Shown one piece after another: positions 33,319-43,985 of a stretch of 64,000 nt of DNA. Both the position numbers and the translations under genes were made by a program. The DNA is taken from positions 868,001-932,000 of the forward strand of contig OZ025789.1 in the NCBI GenBank assembly GCA_964019425.1, given 5' to 3'. Source of the stretch: Flectonema sp. DT1601. Taxonomy: Eukaryota. The notes beneath the pieces are model-generated. The model was not told the origin of the DNA. It did not search any database and saw only the letters and a program-made list of their open reading frames with translations. The stretch's first letter is position 1, and each line of letters opens with the position of its first letter.

Positions 33319-36108
33319 TTATATGTGAATACCACCGCATCCCTTTACAGGTGGTGGAGTATTACGAGTTGTGGGAATTGGAGATCCTCGTCTGTCACAT
33401 GAACTGAGGAACCCCGAAGACCCAACTCGAGTGAAAAACATCGGTGATTTCATTGTAGCTGGAGAATTCAGAACTGCGGTAATCTGAGATGATTGCCTAC
33501 TGCGAACAGTATTGGTTTCATAAGGCTTTCCGTCACCAGAACTGAGAAAACCCGAAGACACATCTCGTGTAAATAAAATAGGCGACTTCATCACAGTCAC
33601 AGTAGAGAGAGCAGACAATTGTTTTCCAACAGTAATGTCACAAATATCATTTAAAGACGAACTCTTTGTAAGATTTGTCTCAACAGTTTTTCCAGTTTCC
33701 GACAAGTACTTCGCATGATCATCATCAGAGGCAAAATCTGACATTTCTCTCTGCCTCGGACAAGTATCACTTTTCACTGATAGCCTATAACGTCTGATAG
33801 GTGGTAAGTTTCTTTTTTTTAACGCCATCTCTGCAGGTGATATCGGTGTTTTGTTATTCATATTGGACCGTCGTCCTGAAATAGGAGGTTTTCGTGAATG
33901 CGGAGACTGGATTGAAAGAGTACTCGGAGTCCTTAAAAGCGGTCTAGAAGTTCTACGAAATTTTGAATTTCGACCTTGACGAGGTGACTGTTGAGGTGAA
34001 ATTTCTGAACCATCACAAGGAGAAGACGCAATGTCACGAAGGATGTTTTTTGAAATGAGTTCAGTACAGTACTGAAATGATTCATTATCTGAAATGTTTG
34101 CATCAGATGAAAGTCTTTTTCTATATCGTTTTTTCGGAATTGACGACATGCTATTACTAAGAGCCTGCTCAGGATCATCCATCACCAGTATCGTCGCATC
34201 ATACGACTCCGACCTGACAGTTGACATAATCCCATCTGAGCAAATATCTACACCAGACGACACGTGATTCCTACTTATTAGTTCTATTCTACCTTCATCT
34301 TGTAGTGTCCAGGCATACTTCTGAATACGAGCTCTCCTTCCACTCCATAGAATGTATAATTCAGTTAACATATCCATTAGTAATTTTATAACGACGATGA
34401 ATATTACAATAAAGAATAAAATGTCACCAGCAGGAAAACCAGCGTGGTTTGGATCTTCAGAATAGAATCCAACCGATAAGAAAACAGAAGCCACGGATTG
34501 TAAGAACAATCGTAGACAATCTGCGTAGTTATCTCTATTTCTGCAATGTGGCCAAAAAAAGACTGACAAACACAGCATTAGTGCATTTGTGATACCAGCA
34601 AAAAGCCTTGCTGTGGCACATGCACTGGCACTGCTTGTTCTCGGAGCCATTACAACAGCGAGAAGAAGCATTCCAACGAAATCTAAAATAATAAATCCTG
34701 ATGAAGACTGTTTGAACGGTCTCAGAACTGAACACCATCTTTGAACCCAACAAACTTCTTCGCTGCAACTGACCCACTCACCTTTTCCAATAAAAAAAGT
34801 GAGGTATGGACGATTTCTGTGTAAAGGATCAACCAAATACATTGCACAATCGGGAACACTCCTCCAGAGATGAATAGAAACATAAATGGGAATACCGATA
34901 CAAAGAATCAGCATAATGATTCCACATACAGGAAACCATAGTTCCTCTGGATACAACACAACATGAATAGACGTAAACACAGATCCCTGATACAGAGCTA
35001 ACAAAGCAATAAGTGGTATTGAAGGAGCGCGTACAAAACCAAACCGATCAGGATAACGATATCGAAAGAAACGATCCGCACCCCAAGGAGCTATGTATGA
35101 AGCTAAAAGTATAACAATAGTTACTACGATTAAAATAGTCATATTGCCAATGACAGCACCGACGTAATCAGAATCAGAGATGGTGAGCTGTAGAGGTGAT
35201 AATATTATCGGAAGTTCCCTGTCAGAACCATCACAACTATTTCCTACTAAAAGAGCGACCATCGAAGCCTGTGATGCAGCACCGCTACTCACAATGGATG
35301 CGACGGCTGCTGCAGTTCCAACATCATTATCGACTTCTTTAAGAACTTCTTGAGTACTTACCATTCCAATTGGAATCGCTGTGTTTGGAAACGAAGTTGT
35401 TGCAACTACTGGTATCATCGTCACATTAACAGGCGATGATGTAGACATCACTGGAACGACAGTTGGTAGACTCAGTGATGGAATCGAAGTTGTAAAAACG
35501 ACGACTGGAACTAATGTTGGAACACCTGTTGGAATCAATGTGCGAGGGACTGAAGTATTCGGTGATAGTGTCCGGGGTATTGGTGTCGAAGGTATTTGTG
35601 TCGGAGGTACTTGTGTCGGAGGTACCTCTGTCGGCACAACAGTTTGAGGAATAGGAACTAACGTAGGCACCACAGTAGGCACCACCGTAGGTATCAGAGT
35701 AACTGCAACAGTCGGAACAGGTGTTGGTATCAAAGTTGGTATTGCTGTTGGTACTAATGTTGGAATAACTGTTTCAGGAACATCCGTAACACATTGTTGA
35801 CAAACACATGGAATTTGTTTACTGCAATCCACGGCGGATCTGAAATTCAAATTCACATAAACTGCAGCATTCTGATTCGTAATAAAATAACACCCACCTG
35901 GGTATTTTATGTCATTCTCCTTCTTCGCCTTCTTCGGTGACAACCCCAATAACGTCACTGCTTCGTCACAGCGTTGTGTAGTTGTAATAAGTAAGTATCC
36001 GTGATTCGCACAGCTCGTGTTTTTTACTAATTCAAATGTGCATCCACCGACGTCACGAATGGCCAACAAAATAAGAAACCACCAAAACAAATAATTCGTT
36101 ATTCGCAT
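33319..36108 (-). CDS. Surface protein: signal peptide, Cys-rich domain, Pro/Thr mucin-like stalk, multi-pass TM region, long disordered tail
   Basis: PT[LAV][VI]PT repeats, several hydrophobic helices, Ser/Arg-rich C-terminus. Confidence 0.8.
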   Translation of the reverse strand: MRITNYLFWWFLILLAIRDVGGCTFELVKNTSCANHGYLLITTTQRCDEAVTLLGLSPKKAKKENDIKYPGGCYFITNQNAAVYVNLNFRSAVDCSKQIPCVCQQCVTDVPETVIPTLVPTAIPTLIPTPVPTVAVTLIPTVVPTVVPTLVPIPQTVVPTEVPPTQVPPTQIPSTPIPRTLSPNTSVPRTLIPTGVPTLVPVVVFTTSIPSLSLPTVVPVMSTSSPVNVTMIPVVATTSFPNTAIPIGMVSTQEVLKEVDNDVGTAAAVASIVSSGAASQASMVALLVGNSCDGSDRELPIILSPLQLTISDSDYVGAVIGNMTILIVVTIVILLASYIAPWGADRFFRYRYPDRFGFVRAPSIPLIALLALYQGSVFTSIHVVLYPEELWFPVCGIIMLILCIGIPIYVSIHLWRSVPDCAMYLVDPLHRNRPYLTFFIGKGEWVSCSEEVCWVQRWCSVLRPFKQSSSGFIILDFVGMLLLAVVMAPRTSSASACATARLFAGITNALMLCLSVFFWPHCRNRDNYADCLRLFLQSVASVFLSVGFYSEDPNHAGFPAGDILFFIVIFIVVIKLLMDMLTELYILWSGRRARIQKYAWTLQDEGRIELISRNHVSSGVDICSDGIMSTVRSESYDATILVMDDPEQALSNSMSSIPKKRYRKRLSSDANISDNESFQYCTELISKNILRDIASSPCDGSEISPQQSPRQGRNSKFRRTSRPLLRTPSTLSIQSPHSRKPPISGRRSNMNNKTPISPAEMALKKRNLPPIRRYRLSVKSDTCPRQREMSDFASDDDHAKYLSETGKTVETNLTKSSSLNDICDITVGKQLSALSTVTVMKSPILFTRDVSSGFLSSGDGKPYETNTVRSRQSSQITAVLNSPATMKSPMFFTRVGSSGFLSSCDRRGSPIPTTRNTPPPVKGCGGIHI

Positions 36109-36153
36109 GTTTCTTGTCAAACGTTAGAGTTCTTCGGGTAATATTTTTGAAAG

Positions 36154-36185
<32 letters not shown>

Positions 36186-37073
36186 CCCCCAAACTCTTCT
36201 GAGGAAAAATTATTATTCACGTACTCTTATTCGATGCTTAAATGATTGTTTGAGCCACATGTGTTTTATATTATCTGTTACAAAATTAGTAATAGATTAA
36301 TTAAAAAAATATATAAATACTGAACAGGTATTGTTTTGTAATGCTAGTGCCGCTATTTTTAGACAGCTTTATTTACTGTTGACGTCCTGTCGTGGTACAC
36401 TGCTGCTTTCCACTTATTTCATTCCACCAGTTTTTTTTTTTTTCATTTCACTATTTTTTTTTTTTACTTTTTTTTCTACCCAATTATTAAGATTTTATTT
36501 TTTCCTTATTAAAAAAGTTGTTTTTTTTTTTTTTTCCATTATTTAGTTTTTTTTTTTTTTTTTTCCAGGTCGATTTTTAGTCATATCTTTTACTTCCTCT
36601 CTTTTCTTTATTCAGCAGGAGTGGAAACAAGGGCGAGAGGACAGAACTGACGATACCTGCATTGCAGACATTGCAGTATTGGATTGATGTCATTTTAGGC
36701 AACATGGATGATAACCAAGAAGAATGGCTATTCTTTAACTGGAATGAACTATTTACTGGTTGTGATATAACTTTGTGAAGAACCGAAGCAGAGAGTGGCT
36801 TAAAGACACTTTCCGTTGTCTCCAGGGTTTGAGGAGAAAAACAAAAAAGGAGGCAAAGAGGAGGTATTTTAAAAAAAAAAAAAAAAAGGCACAAAAAATG
36901 AAAATAATAAAATAAATGACATAAAGGACCCCCTTCTTACTCTCGGGATTTTTTTTTTTTTTTTTTTTTTTTCGTTTTGTAAAGGCAAAGAAATCGAAAT
37001 TAAAAGCAATGACAACACTATCAATAAAGCAGCAGGGGAAACCTATCAGTTACCGGCACTGAATGAAATGAGT

Positions 37074-38908
37074 CTAATGCTTGTGACCCTTTCCTCCCTT
37101 ACGACCACCCTTCTTACCTCCCTTACCTTGACCCTTGCGGTATGAACGAGGTTGTTGTTGTTGTTGCTGAGTGTTGGTGTTGCCTTCTGGCTTACCTCTC
37201 TTCTTCATGGCTGAGCGAGGTTCTCTTCTCTTTTCCCACGATCTGTTAATTTGATTAAAGTACGGGTTAATATCACCCAGACCATTACCTAGGTTAAGAA
37301 CTGCCTTAAGGTTTGGAATTATTGATCTGATTTCCCGAAGCTTTTGTTCCTTTCTGTCAGAGTGACCAGCTGCAAGAGATGTTTCAGCGCTAGACAATTG
37401 AGTCAAGATTTCAGTAGTAACCTCAACAAGGAACTTCATCTTCTCCTTCCATGGCTTCTCTCTGTCAATTTCTTCCTTTGACTTTAATGTCTTAGCGGAA
37501 TAGGTCTTAGCCTCAGCGGCATTAGCGTGGAACTTTACCTTTGATGCCTCCTCGAGAGCAGTTGCGTTCTTCTTTCCGAGCTCGATGAGAGTGGTGAGGA
37601 TGCATTCAGCAAAAGTAAAGTTCACGTCTGGCTTTTCTGCTCCCTCAACACGCTCTGGGATATATCTTGAGGTCAGGTCAAATACAACTGGAAGGCATCT
37701 CGCTGCTGTTTCTTCTGTGCAGAACGGAGCAACTTCACAAAGTCTGCGTAGGATTTGAACTGCGTGCTTTGGAGAAGCTTTCTCAAATACTTCCGGATTC
37801 GCGATCCATTTAGACACGAGGAACTCAGTGATGCTGTTGTCGATGGCTCCCTTTCCTGTTTGGGGTTTAGATTGTTATCTCTTTAGAGAAATCTTTAAAA
37901 AATAAAACAACAACAACAACAACAACAACAACATACTCAAGTAAGGAACAACAAGTTGAATAATTGAGAGAGCTCTGTCTACCCACCAGCTAGTTAGATC
38001 AACTTCACCATCCATGTCGATGAGGGATGCGAGTGTGTCAGCAACTCCCTGAGGACCAAAAACACTCTTATCAGAAGCAATCTTAAGAGTGGTCATTTCC
38101 TTCAGAAGTAGGGAAAACTCAGACTTGCACACGACGTGAAGAAGTTTGCAAATTTCATCCTTGATGGCGAGTTCGACTTCCTTTGACATTTCTTTCTTGT
38201 TAGCAGCAATGACATCAGTAATCAAAATATTTGTAATAAACTCTCTCCAAGGTTCATTAGGAGTGGCCTCAACTGGAAGGAGAATAGCACTGCAGGCTAC
38301 TGCAACCGCCTTAGCGTTGAGGGAAGTCATCTGATTGTTTTATATAGTTGATAACGCCACAAGATAAATACTATTGTAATGACGTGTGAAAGGAAAGCAT
38401 ACCTTGCTGAGGAGGTCAGCCACGGCCTTGTCCTCCTTGTCAGCAAAACGCTTTTCGAGAAGAGCTGGAGCGTATGCTACGATGATAGCGTCAGAAGTTC
38501 CCTTTTCGTTGGACTTCAGGTAGCCATCGAAGTGCTTCGCGACTTGTGACTTAACTGCGGCATCCTCTGTGGTGAAGTATAGCTGACTGACTAACTCAAA
38601 ACATTCTTTTCCAAGTTCTGGGAAGTGCTTCGCGTACTTTCCGGCGATTTCGTAGCTTCTCAACATGACGGCCTTTGGAACACTCGCTCCAGCTTTAATT
38701 AGTTCTACTACACCTGAGTAGTCATCTTCCTTCCATTCTCCACTAGTTTCACTGTATGGATGTTATGATAATAATCAATGAACTACTACTCTTTTAAAAT
38801 TACTAATAAAATAATCACATACCAGTTGTATAAGCTATCCTGAAGAGCTGAGAACTTCGTTACGTAATCCGGGGTCTCAGTCTTAGTGGTGTCTTCGGTA
38901 TCCGCCAT
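37074..38908 (-). CDS. API5: Apoptosis inhibitor 5-like HEAT protein, 4 exons
   Basis: KYAKHFPELG and VNFTFAECILTTLIELGKK match API5 motifs; G/K/R-rich tail; last intron 37856-37936. Confidence 0.7.
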
Positions 38909-39375
38909 ATTTATGTATTTCGCGATACTGAGGTGAGAGTTACTAGTTTCAAGGCCAAACAATGTGATACTGTATTAACATTCAATCGCAAAACCCTACA
39001 TTTTCACACATAAAAGACATTCAAAGGATAGTTTTATTTACTATATTATAACCCAAAAAAAAATCCTGTGGAGAAATAAAATGTCTTGTCAGCTGAAGCG
39101 TCCAGCAGAAATAGTTCTCAATGTTACAGTATAATCGATTTGTTTTGTTTGTATGTTTGTTTCTTCTTTTTTTTTTTTTTTTATGTCGGTTGCCTTATAT
39201 TCTGTACTTTCATGTGCAGCACGCAGTTGATTGACACGGAGAGAAAGTAAAACTCGAAAGTTGAGTTCAGCAGTCAACAGACGTCAATAGAATAATATTA
39301 AAACTTTCCAAGAGTCTAATAATATCCTCGATGAGGATACGTAAATGGCATTCAGTAAAAATAGTTCATATGTTA

Positions 39376-40254
39376 TCATTTCGGATATAACTTTCCTATG
39401 CAAAAGTTACCGAGCATTCCACCAACAAATGACTGATGGTGGGACTCGAACAGGTCGGTAGCGTCTTCCTTAGCGCCTTCTAAGATTGCCTCTCCTCCAG
39501 GGTGAGTGCTTAAGAACTTCGTGACATCAATCACATATCCCCTCATTGAGAGATAGAGAGATTCTTTGTTACTATGCTCTTGTAAATCGGATATGGTAAA
39601 GTGACCAGAATCGTCTTTACACTTTATATCAACAGAAGACCAGAAAGAATCAGTTCCATGAAGAGGAGTACCCCAGTCAGTCTTTTTAACGTCAGTTGGC
39701 TTTTTCAACTCCTCGTTCTGAGGCTTTTCTTCTGAGGGGTACATCTTTCCGATACAAAAGTTTCCTAACATGTTACCAACGAATTCTTGATGGTGGAGTT
39801 CGAAGATTTCGCTGGCATCTTGTTCAGCTCCTCCCAAGATCGCATCGCCACCCGGATGGGTAGTCGAGAACTCGGTAACATCAAACACGTATCCCTGCAT
39901 TGATAAATATAAACTTTTAGCGTCGTTGTGTTGTTTCAGGTCAGCCATTACAAATTTACCAGTTGGATTCTTGCAGTTAATCTTTACTTTTCCCCAAAAT
40001 TGTGAGTCGCCTAAAAGAGAGTATCCCCATTCAGTATGACTCTTGTCACCTTTTATTACATTAGGTGGGGGTGCATCAACCTTCTTATCAACCACATTGT
40101 CGTCGTCAGAAGTGTTGATAGCATTGTCTCCCTTTCTGGTTCGCATCATGTGGTTGTATTCCCACCTGAGTCCCAACATCATCAGAAACGCTATCACGCA
40201 AAGTGCTACCAGCGCGCGTTTGTTTCGGGAGCGAAGCAGCTTTGCGAGCAGCAT
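39376..40254 (-). CDS. Membrane-anchored protein with two tandem cytochrome b5 heme-binding domains
   Basis: Two HPGG motifs each followed by FE.HH; N-terminal TM. Confidence 0.88.
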   Translation of the reverse strand: MLLAKLLRSRNKRALVALCVIAFLMMLGLRWEYNHMMRTRKGDNAINTSDDDNVVDKKVDAPPPNVIKGDKSHTEWGYSLLGDSQFWGKVKINCKNPTGKFVMADLKQHNDAKSLYLSMQGYVFDVTEFSTTHPGGDAILGGAEQDASEIFELHHQEFVGNMLGNFCIGKMYPSEEKPQNEELKKPTDVKKTDWGTPLHGTDSFWSSVDIKCKDDSGHFTISDLQEHSNKESLYLSMRGYVIDVTKFLSTHPGGEAILEGAKEDATDLFESHHQSFVGGMLGNFCIGKLYPK

Positions 40255-40518
40255 TTTTAGTTTGCGACCCCCTTCTGTAGAAAGATAAATAAGTGGTTGA
40301 ATGAAGTAGCGAATGAGGTACTCAGAATGGTTAAAAATATTTGCTGTGTCTGGAAAAGAACCAATATGTCAATTTGCTGGTTACAAATATTACTTTTCAC
40401 TTCTTGCAACTACCTTGCAACAGAAAGACCGCGAGAAAAATCGCGAAATGGCTCTCATCAGAGCTGACAAATAAGAAAGGTTAGAGTGGCGGTAAATATA
40501 ATTACGAGGACAGACTAT

Positions 40519-42045
40519 CTATCCTCCTATGGGGGTCAGCATCGCGTTAACCTTCTCCCACGTCCCTGGAGGTAGTTCCCACTCATCGTTGTCGATGACC
40601 TTCCATTCTGAGGTTGCATTTATTTCTTGATGAGTAGTGTTGACTAACAACGATAATGGATTATTTAGATGAATGGAACTACTTGGAAGTTGTTCATTCG
40701 GAAATGTAAGCAAATCAGCTCCCATGATGACACTTCGACCTACTCCCATTGGTCGAATGTGAAATGGGAAGTGAACACAGACAACAGTTCCAATTTCAAA
40801 GGTACAAGTCATGATTTGATGACTAGTCACAAACATATAAGTCTTTTTACAGTTCTGTGGTAACACTGAATACCCTTGATTAGAACTACCTGATCCTCTC
40901 CCTTCCATACTTTTTATTATCTGCACTTCCAAAACCCTCCCCTCAGGACCGGGTGGCTTAATAACTTTTACTATCATGTTTTCAGATGTTCCGCTGTTTT
41001 TCGCAAGTTGATTATTTCGTATCGTAAGCATCTTGGTTGTTTGTAATAAGAAAGCAGATAATTGTCCAGAGCGGCTTATCGGAGCGTGAACTGTTTTAAA
41101 ACGTTTCATTATTAAGTTAAAGACTGGTGTTGATACGGAACCACCACCGTAACCAAGTCTAAATCCAGAACTTGTTATGGCGGGTGCTCTCAGCCAGCTC
41201 TCATCTCGATTTCGGGGAGGTGCGTTTCCCGGATCCTCGATGGCTTCAGAGCCTACGGAATCTACTAGCTTTCTTTGGTGAAGGGATTCTTTAGGTATTT
41301 GTAGCATCATGGTCTTCTTTTGAAAAGAAAGCCTTCCCGAATTCGGATTCCTCTCAAGCGCATCAGCAGCAAACGCAACCAGCGCTGCCTCAGCTATTTT
41401 TTGCCTTTTTAAATTCTGTTGAACTTGCTCAAAATTCCTATTTTTCTTCGGAGTCTGTGACGGACTCTCCGTTTCAATAGCTTCCACACTGCCGTGGTTT
41501 GTTTTGAAAGGCCTTCGTGTCTGTTGTTGAGGGAGATTCACATGTTTTGTTTTCTTTTTTATTTGTTGGAAAAAGTCCTCATCATCATCATCGTCATCTA
41601 TCTGGTCGAGTGCGTTCTCTACTATTGTAGTGGGAGCGTATGCGTTGTTATTTCTTCCTTTTATCCGTGACTTTAATAATTGTTTAGGAGGGGTGTGTGT
41701 TATATCAATTTCGTCAACGAATTTGGTTGGTTCCGGAGAGGAGGTATTCGCAGTTGGTTCGTCGTCTTTCCACTCAGGAAAGAACTCTAAAAAGGAGTCG
41801 TTGTCTTCTTTTCTTTCTCTACTTTGACAACCTGGTTGTGTTCCGTGTGTTGTTTGTGATAAATTGTCAAGCGTCACATTGGTACTCATCGTACCTGCAG
41901 TTTGTTGAGTCTTTTTCTGCGCTGCTCCTTCTCGATACATGCGAAGGAGTTCATCCCACGCAGTTGTTTCTTCTCCCCAACGAATTTCTTCGTCGCTGCT
42001 GTCATCGTCGTGAGGATCAGTTTTGTGTGAGAGGATTCGCAACAT
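40519..42045 (-). CDS. Hypothetical protein (508 aa), disordered N-terminus, possible C-terminal OB-fold
   Basis: Long ORF on the array strand; beta-rich GTVVCVHFPF segment loosely recalls SPIDR-type OB folds (weak). Confidence 0.6.
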   Translation of the reverse strand: MLRILSHKTDPHDDDSSDEEIRWGEETTAWDELLRMYREGAAQKKTQQTAGTMSTNVTLDNLSQTTHGTQPGCQSRERKEDNDSFLEFFPEWKDDEPTANTSSPEPTKFVDEIDITHTPPKQLLKSRIKGRNNNAYAPTTIVENALDQIDDDDDDEDFFQQIKKKTKHVNLPQQQTRRPFKTNHGSVEAIETESPSQTPKKNRNFEQVQQNLKRQKIAEAALVAFAADALERNPNSGRLSFQKKTMMLQIPKESLHQRKLVDSVGSEAIEDPGNAPPRNRDESWLRAPAITSSGFRLGYGGGSVSTPVFNLIMKRFKTVHAPISRSGQLSAFLLQTTKMLTIRNNQLAKNSGTSENMIVKVIKPPGPEGRVLEVQIIKSMEGRGSGSSNQGYSVLPQNCKKTYMFVTSHQIMTCTFEIGTVVCVHFPFHIRPMGVGRSVIMGADLLTFPNEQLPSSSIHLNNPLSLLVNTTHQEINATSEWKVIDNDEWELPPGTWEKVNAMLTPIGG

Positions 42046-42507
42046 TGCTTTTCCCGCTTGCTAAACCAACCCTCTCAATACTATTACGGTTAACTTTATC
42101 TTGTGCTGTGAATTGAGAAAATAAAGTTAATCAATGAAGTAGTCAAAACAAAGACTTCTAGCTGTGCAATGACTACACGCTCCAGCAGTCTTAGCTAGGG
42201 GTGGATTCAGATGGCTCCTGGGTTTTTATAATAGTCGTTTTGTTTCTTGTACTTGTGTTTTTTTTTTTTTTTTTTCCTCATAACTTTTCGTAGTCCATCA
42301 AGCAAGTAGCCTGTGCAAGTGATAAGACATATAAAAAGTTTCAGGTCAGGTAGCCATCTTATGTCGTCAGCTTCTCAGTGACATCGCGTTTGGTGCTCAT
42401 CAGTTGGCGCGTACTCAAACGAACCAAATTGTTGTTGAAAGAGACACCCCGTCAGGTTTTCGTAGAAGTACCAATCACACATTCAAAACAAAAAAGAAAA
42501 TATAATT

Positions 42508-43985
42508 TTATTTCTTCTCATCAATCATAGACCTATAGAATGTGTCATACTCTGTTGCCGCAAGAATCCATGTCAGGATGCCAGTCTCTCCCGCATCTTC
42601 CTTTTTCTTGCATTCATCGAAAAAGTCTTCGTTAGATACGCCCTTTGATTTTAAAAAAGATTCCATCTCGCTTTCCATGATTTCTTTGAACTCGTTGTAC
42701 AGGTCCATAAGTTCAGGCTGTTGTTGTTGTTTTTATGTTGAATTTAAAAATGACTTAGTAACACATTTATTAAAACAGTAAATGACAACGTACCGTAGAT
42801 TCCGGAATTGACCCATCGTCTTTGAGGTCTGGGAACTTTTCACAATGGGTTCTGTTTTTGATTTGTTTTTGTTTCATGAAGTTCGTCAAAGTTTAAAATA
42901 AGTTTAGTTTAGTTAGCAAAATACAAACTGATGACTACGAGGGGTCTGGGTAGCCCGCATCAGTAAGGACCCAATCGCGAAGATTGTAGTTTCATAGTAT
43001 TGGCTGGAAGTGATCGACTTCCAGCCTCCACCTTGCCCAGAGGCTAACAGGTTGTAAACAACTAAAGAAAATAAAAGAGAAATGATCTGGGAGTGGGGGG
43101 AAGGTGAAAAAAAATAGAAAATCTTCTTTCTTTAATATACATCTTTCTTTATAATACGACCACATGTGCCATATGCCCACACTCCACGAAAGAAAATAGA
43201 AAACCCCGGAACAGTACATTTATGGGTCATTTCGCGGTGTGTTTCTGGTGACCCTGGGTCTGGACGCAAACAGGAAGCTCCTACCATTGGGGTTCACAAT
43301 TTCCGCGTCGGAGGACTTGCAGTCGTGGACACTCCACAACAGAAAGATACTGGCTGTGTATGGTTATCGACTATCTCGATTTACACTGTTCTCCGACAGG
43401 CAGAAGGGACTGGAGTCCGACACGTCGTTGGACGACACCATTCGCCACCACGCTATTTGTATTAACCACCTGGTTAAGAATGTTGCTGTGGAGACTAGCC
43501 TGACGAAGCAAGAAGCCACAAAAACAGTGTGGGAACTGGCGAAGGCGGACAGCACGAAGGTGGTGGAGGTGCTGAAGGATGTTAAGCAGCAACACGGGAA
43601 GAAGGCCCATCAGTACCTCAAGAACACCGATATGAAGCGATGGGCAGATGCTTACTGGCCAGATGATGTTGCGAGGTGTGATACCTACACCAGCAACGCC
43701 GTGATCGTTCACCCCCAGTTGTCCAAAGCGTTATAAGTGTACTGTGGGCTTACCGAAAAGCTTTAGAAATGTACCACAAAAGATTTGGGCAGCACATAGC
43801 CATATCACTCAGCAAGAAATAAAAACCAAAAGGATCAGGTAAGATGACAGTCAGTTTAAGGTCATAACTGCGCCGGACCAAATAAAATAAATAAAAAATA
43901 CATACGATACGAATTTCTCTAATTTATCACCCAAATCATCGTTCTCCATCCACCAGTCCATCATATCTTCTGTTATTGCTTCCAT
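42508..43985 (-). CDS. BART/ARL2-binding-domain (CFAP36-like) protein; exons 43985-43906, 42851-42794, 42717-42508
   Basis: Spliced MEAITEDMMDWW...FVSTHCEKF...LYNEFKEIMESEMESFLK...ILAATEYDTFYRSM; splice phases consistent. Confidence 0.8.
42886..43025. repeat. Structured dispersed repeat, copy B (inside BART gene intron 1)
   Basis: Matches 28129-28261. Confidence 0.9.
43208..43736 (+). mobile_element. Mutator-like (MULE) transposase remnant, antisense within BART gene intron 1
   Basis: GTVHL/YGSFRGVFLVTLGLDAN (frameshifted), PLGF..SE...W, SDRQKGL, HHAICINHLVKN (CxxH), TSNA; GC-richer than flanks. Confidence 0.85.

Noticed and set aside
40423..40468. CTGATGAG plus stem on the minus strand
   Set aside because: Stem is followed by TTTC, not GAAA; no hammerhead core and no D box
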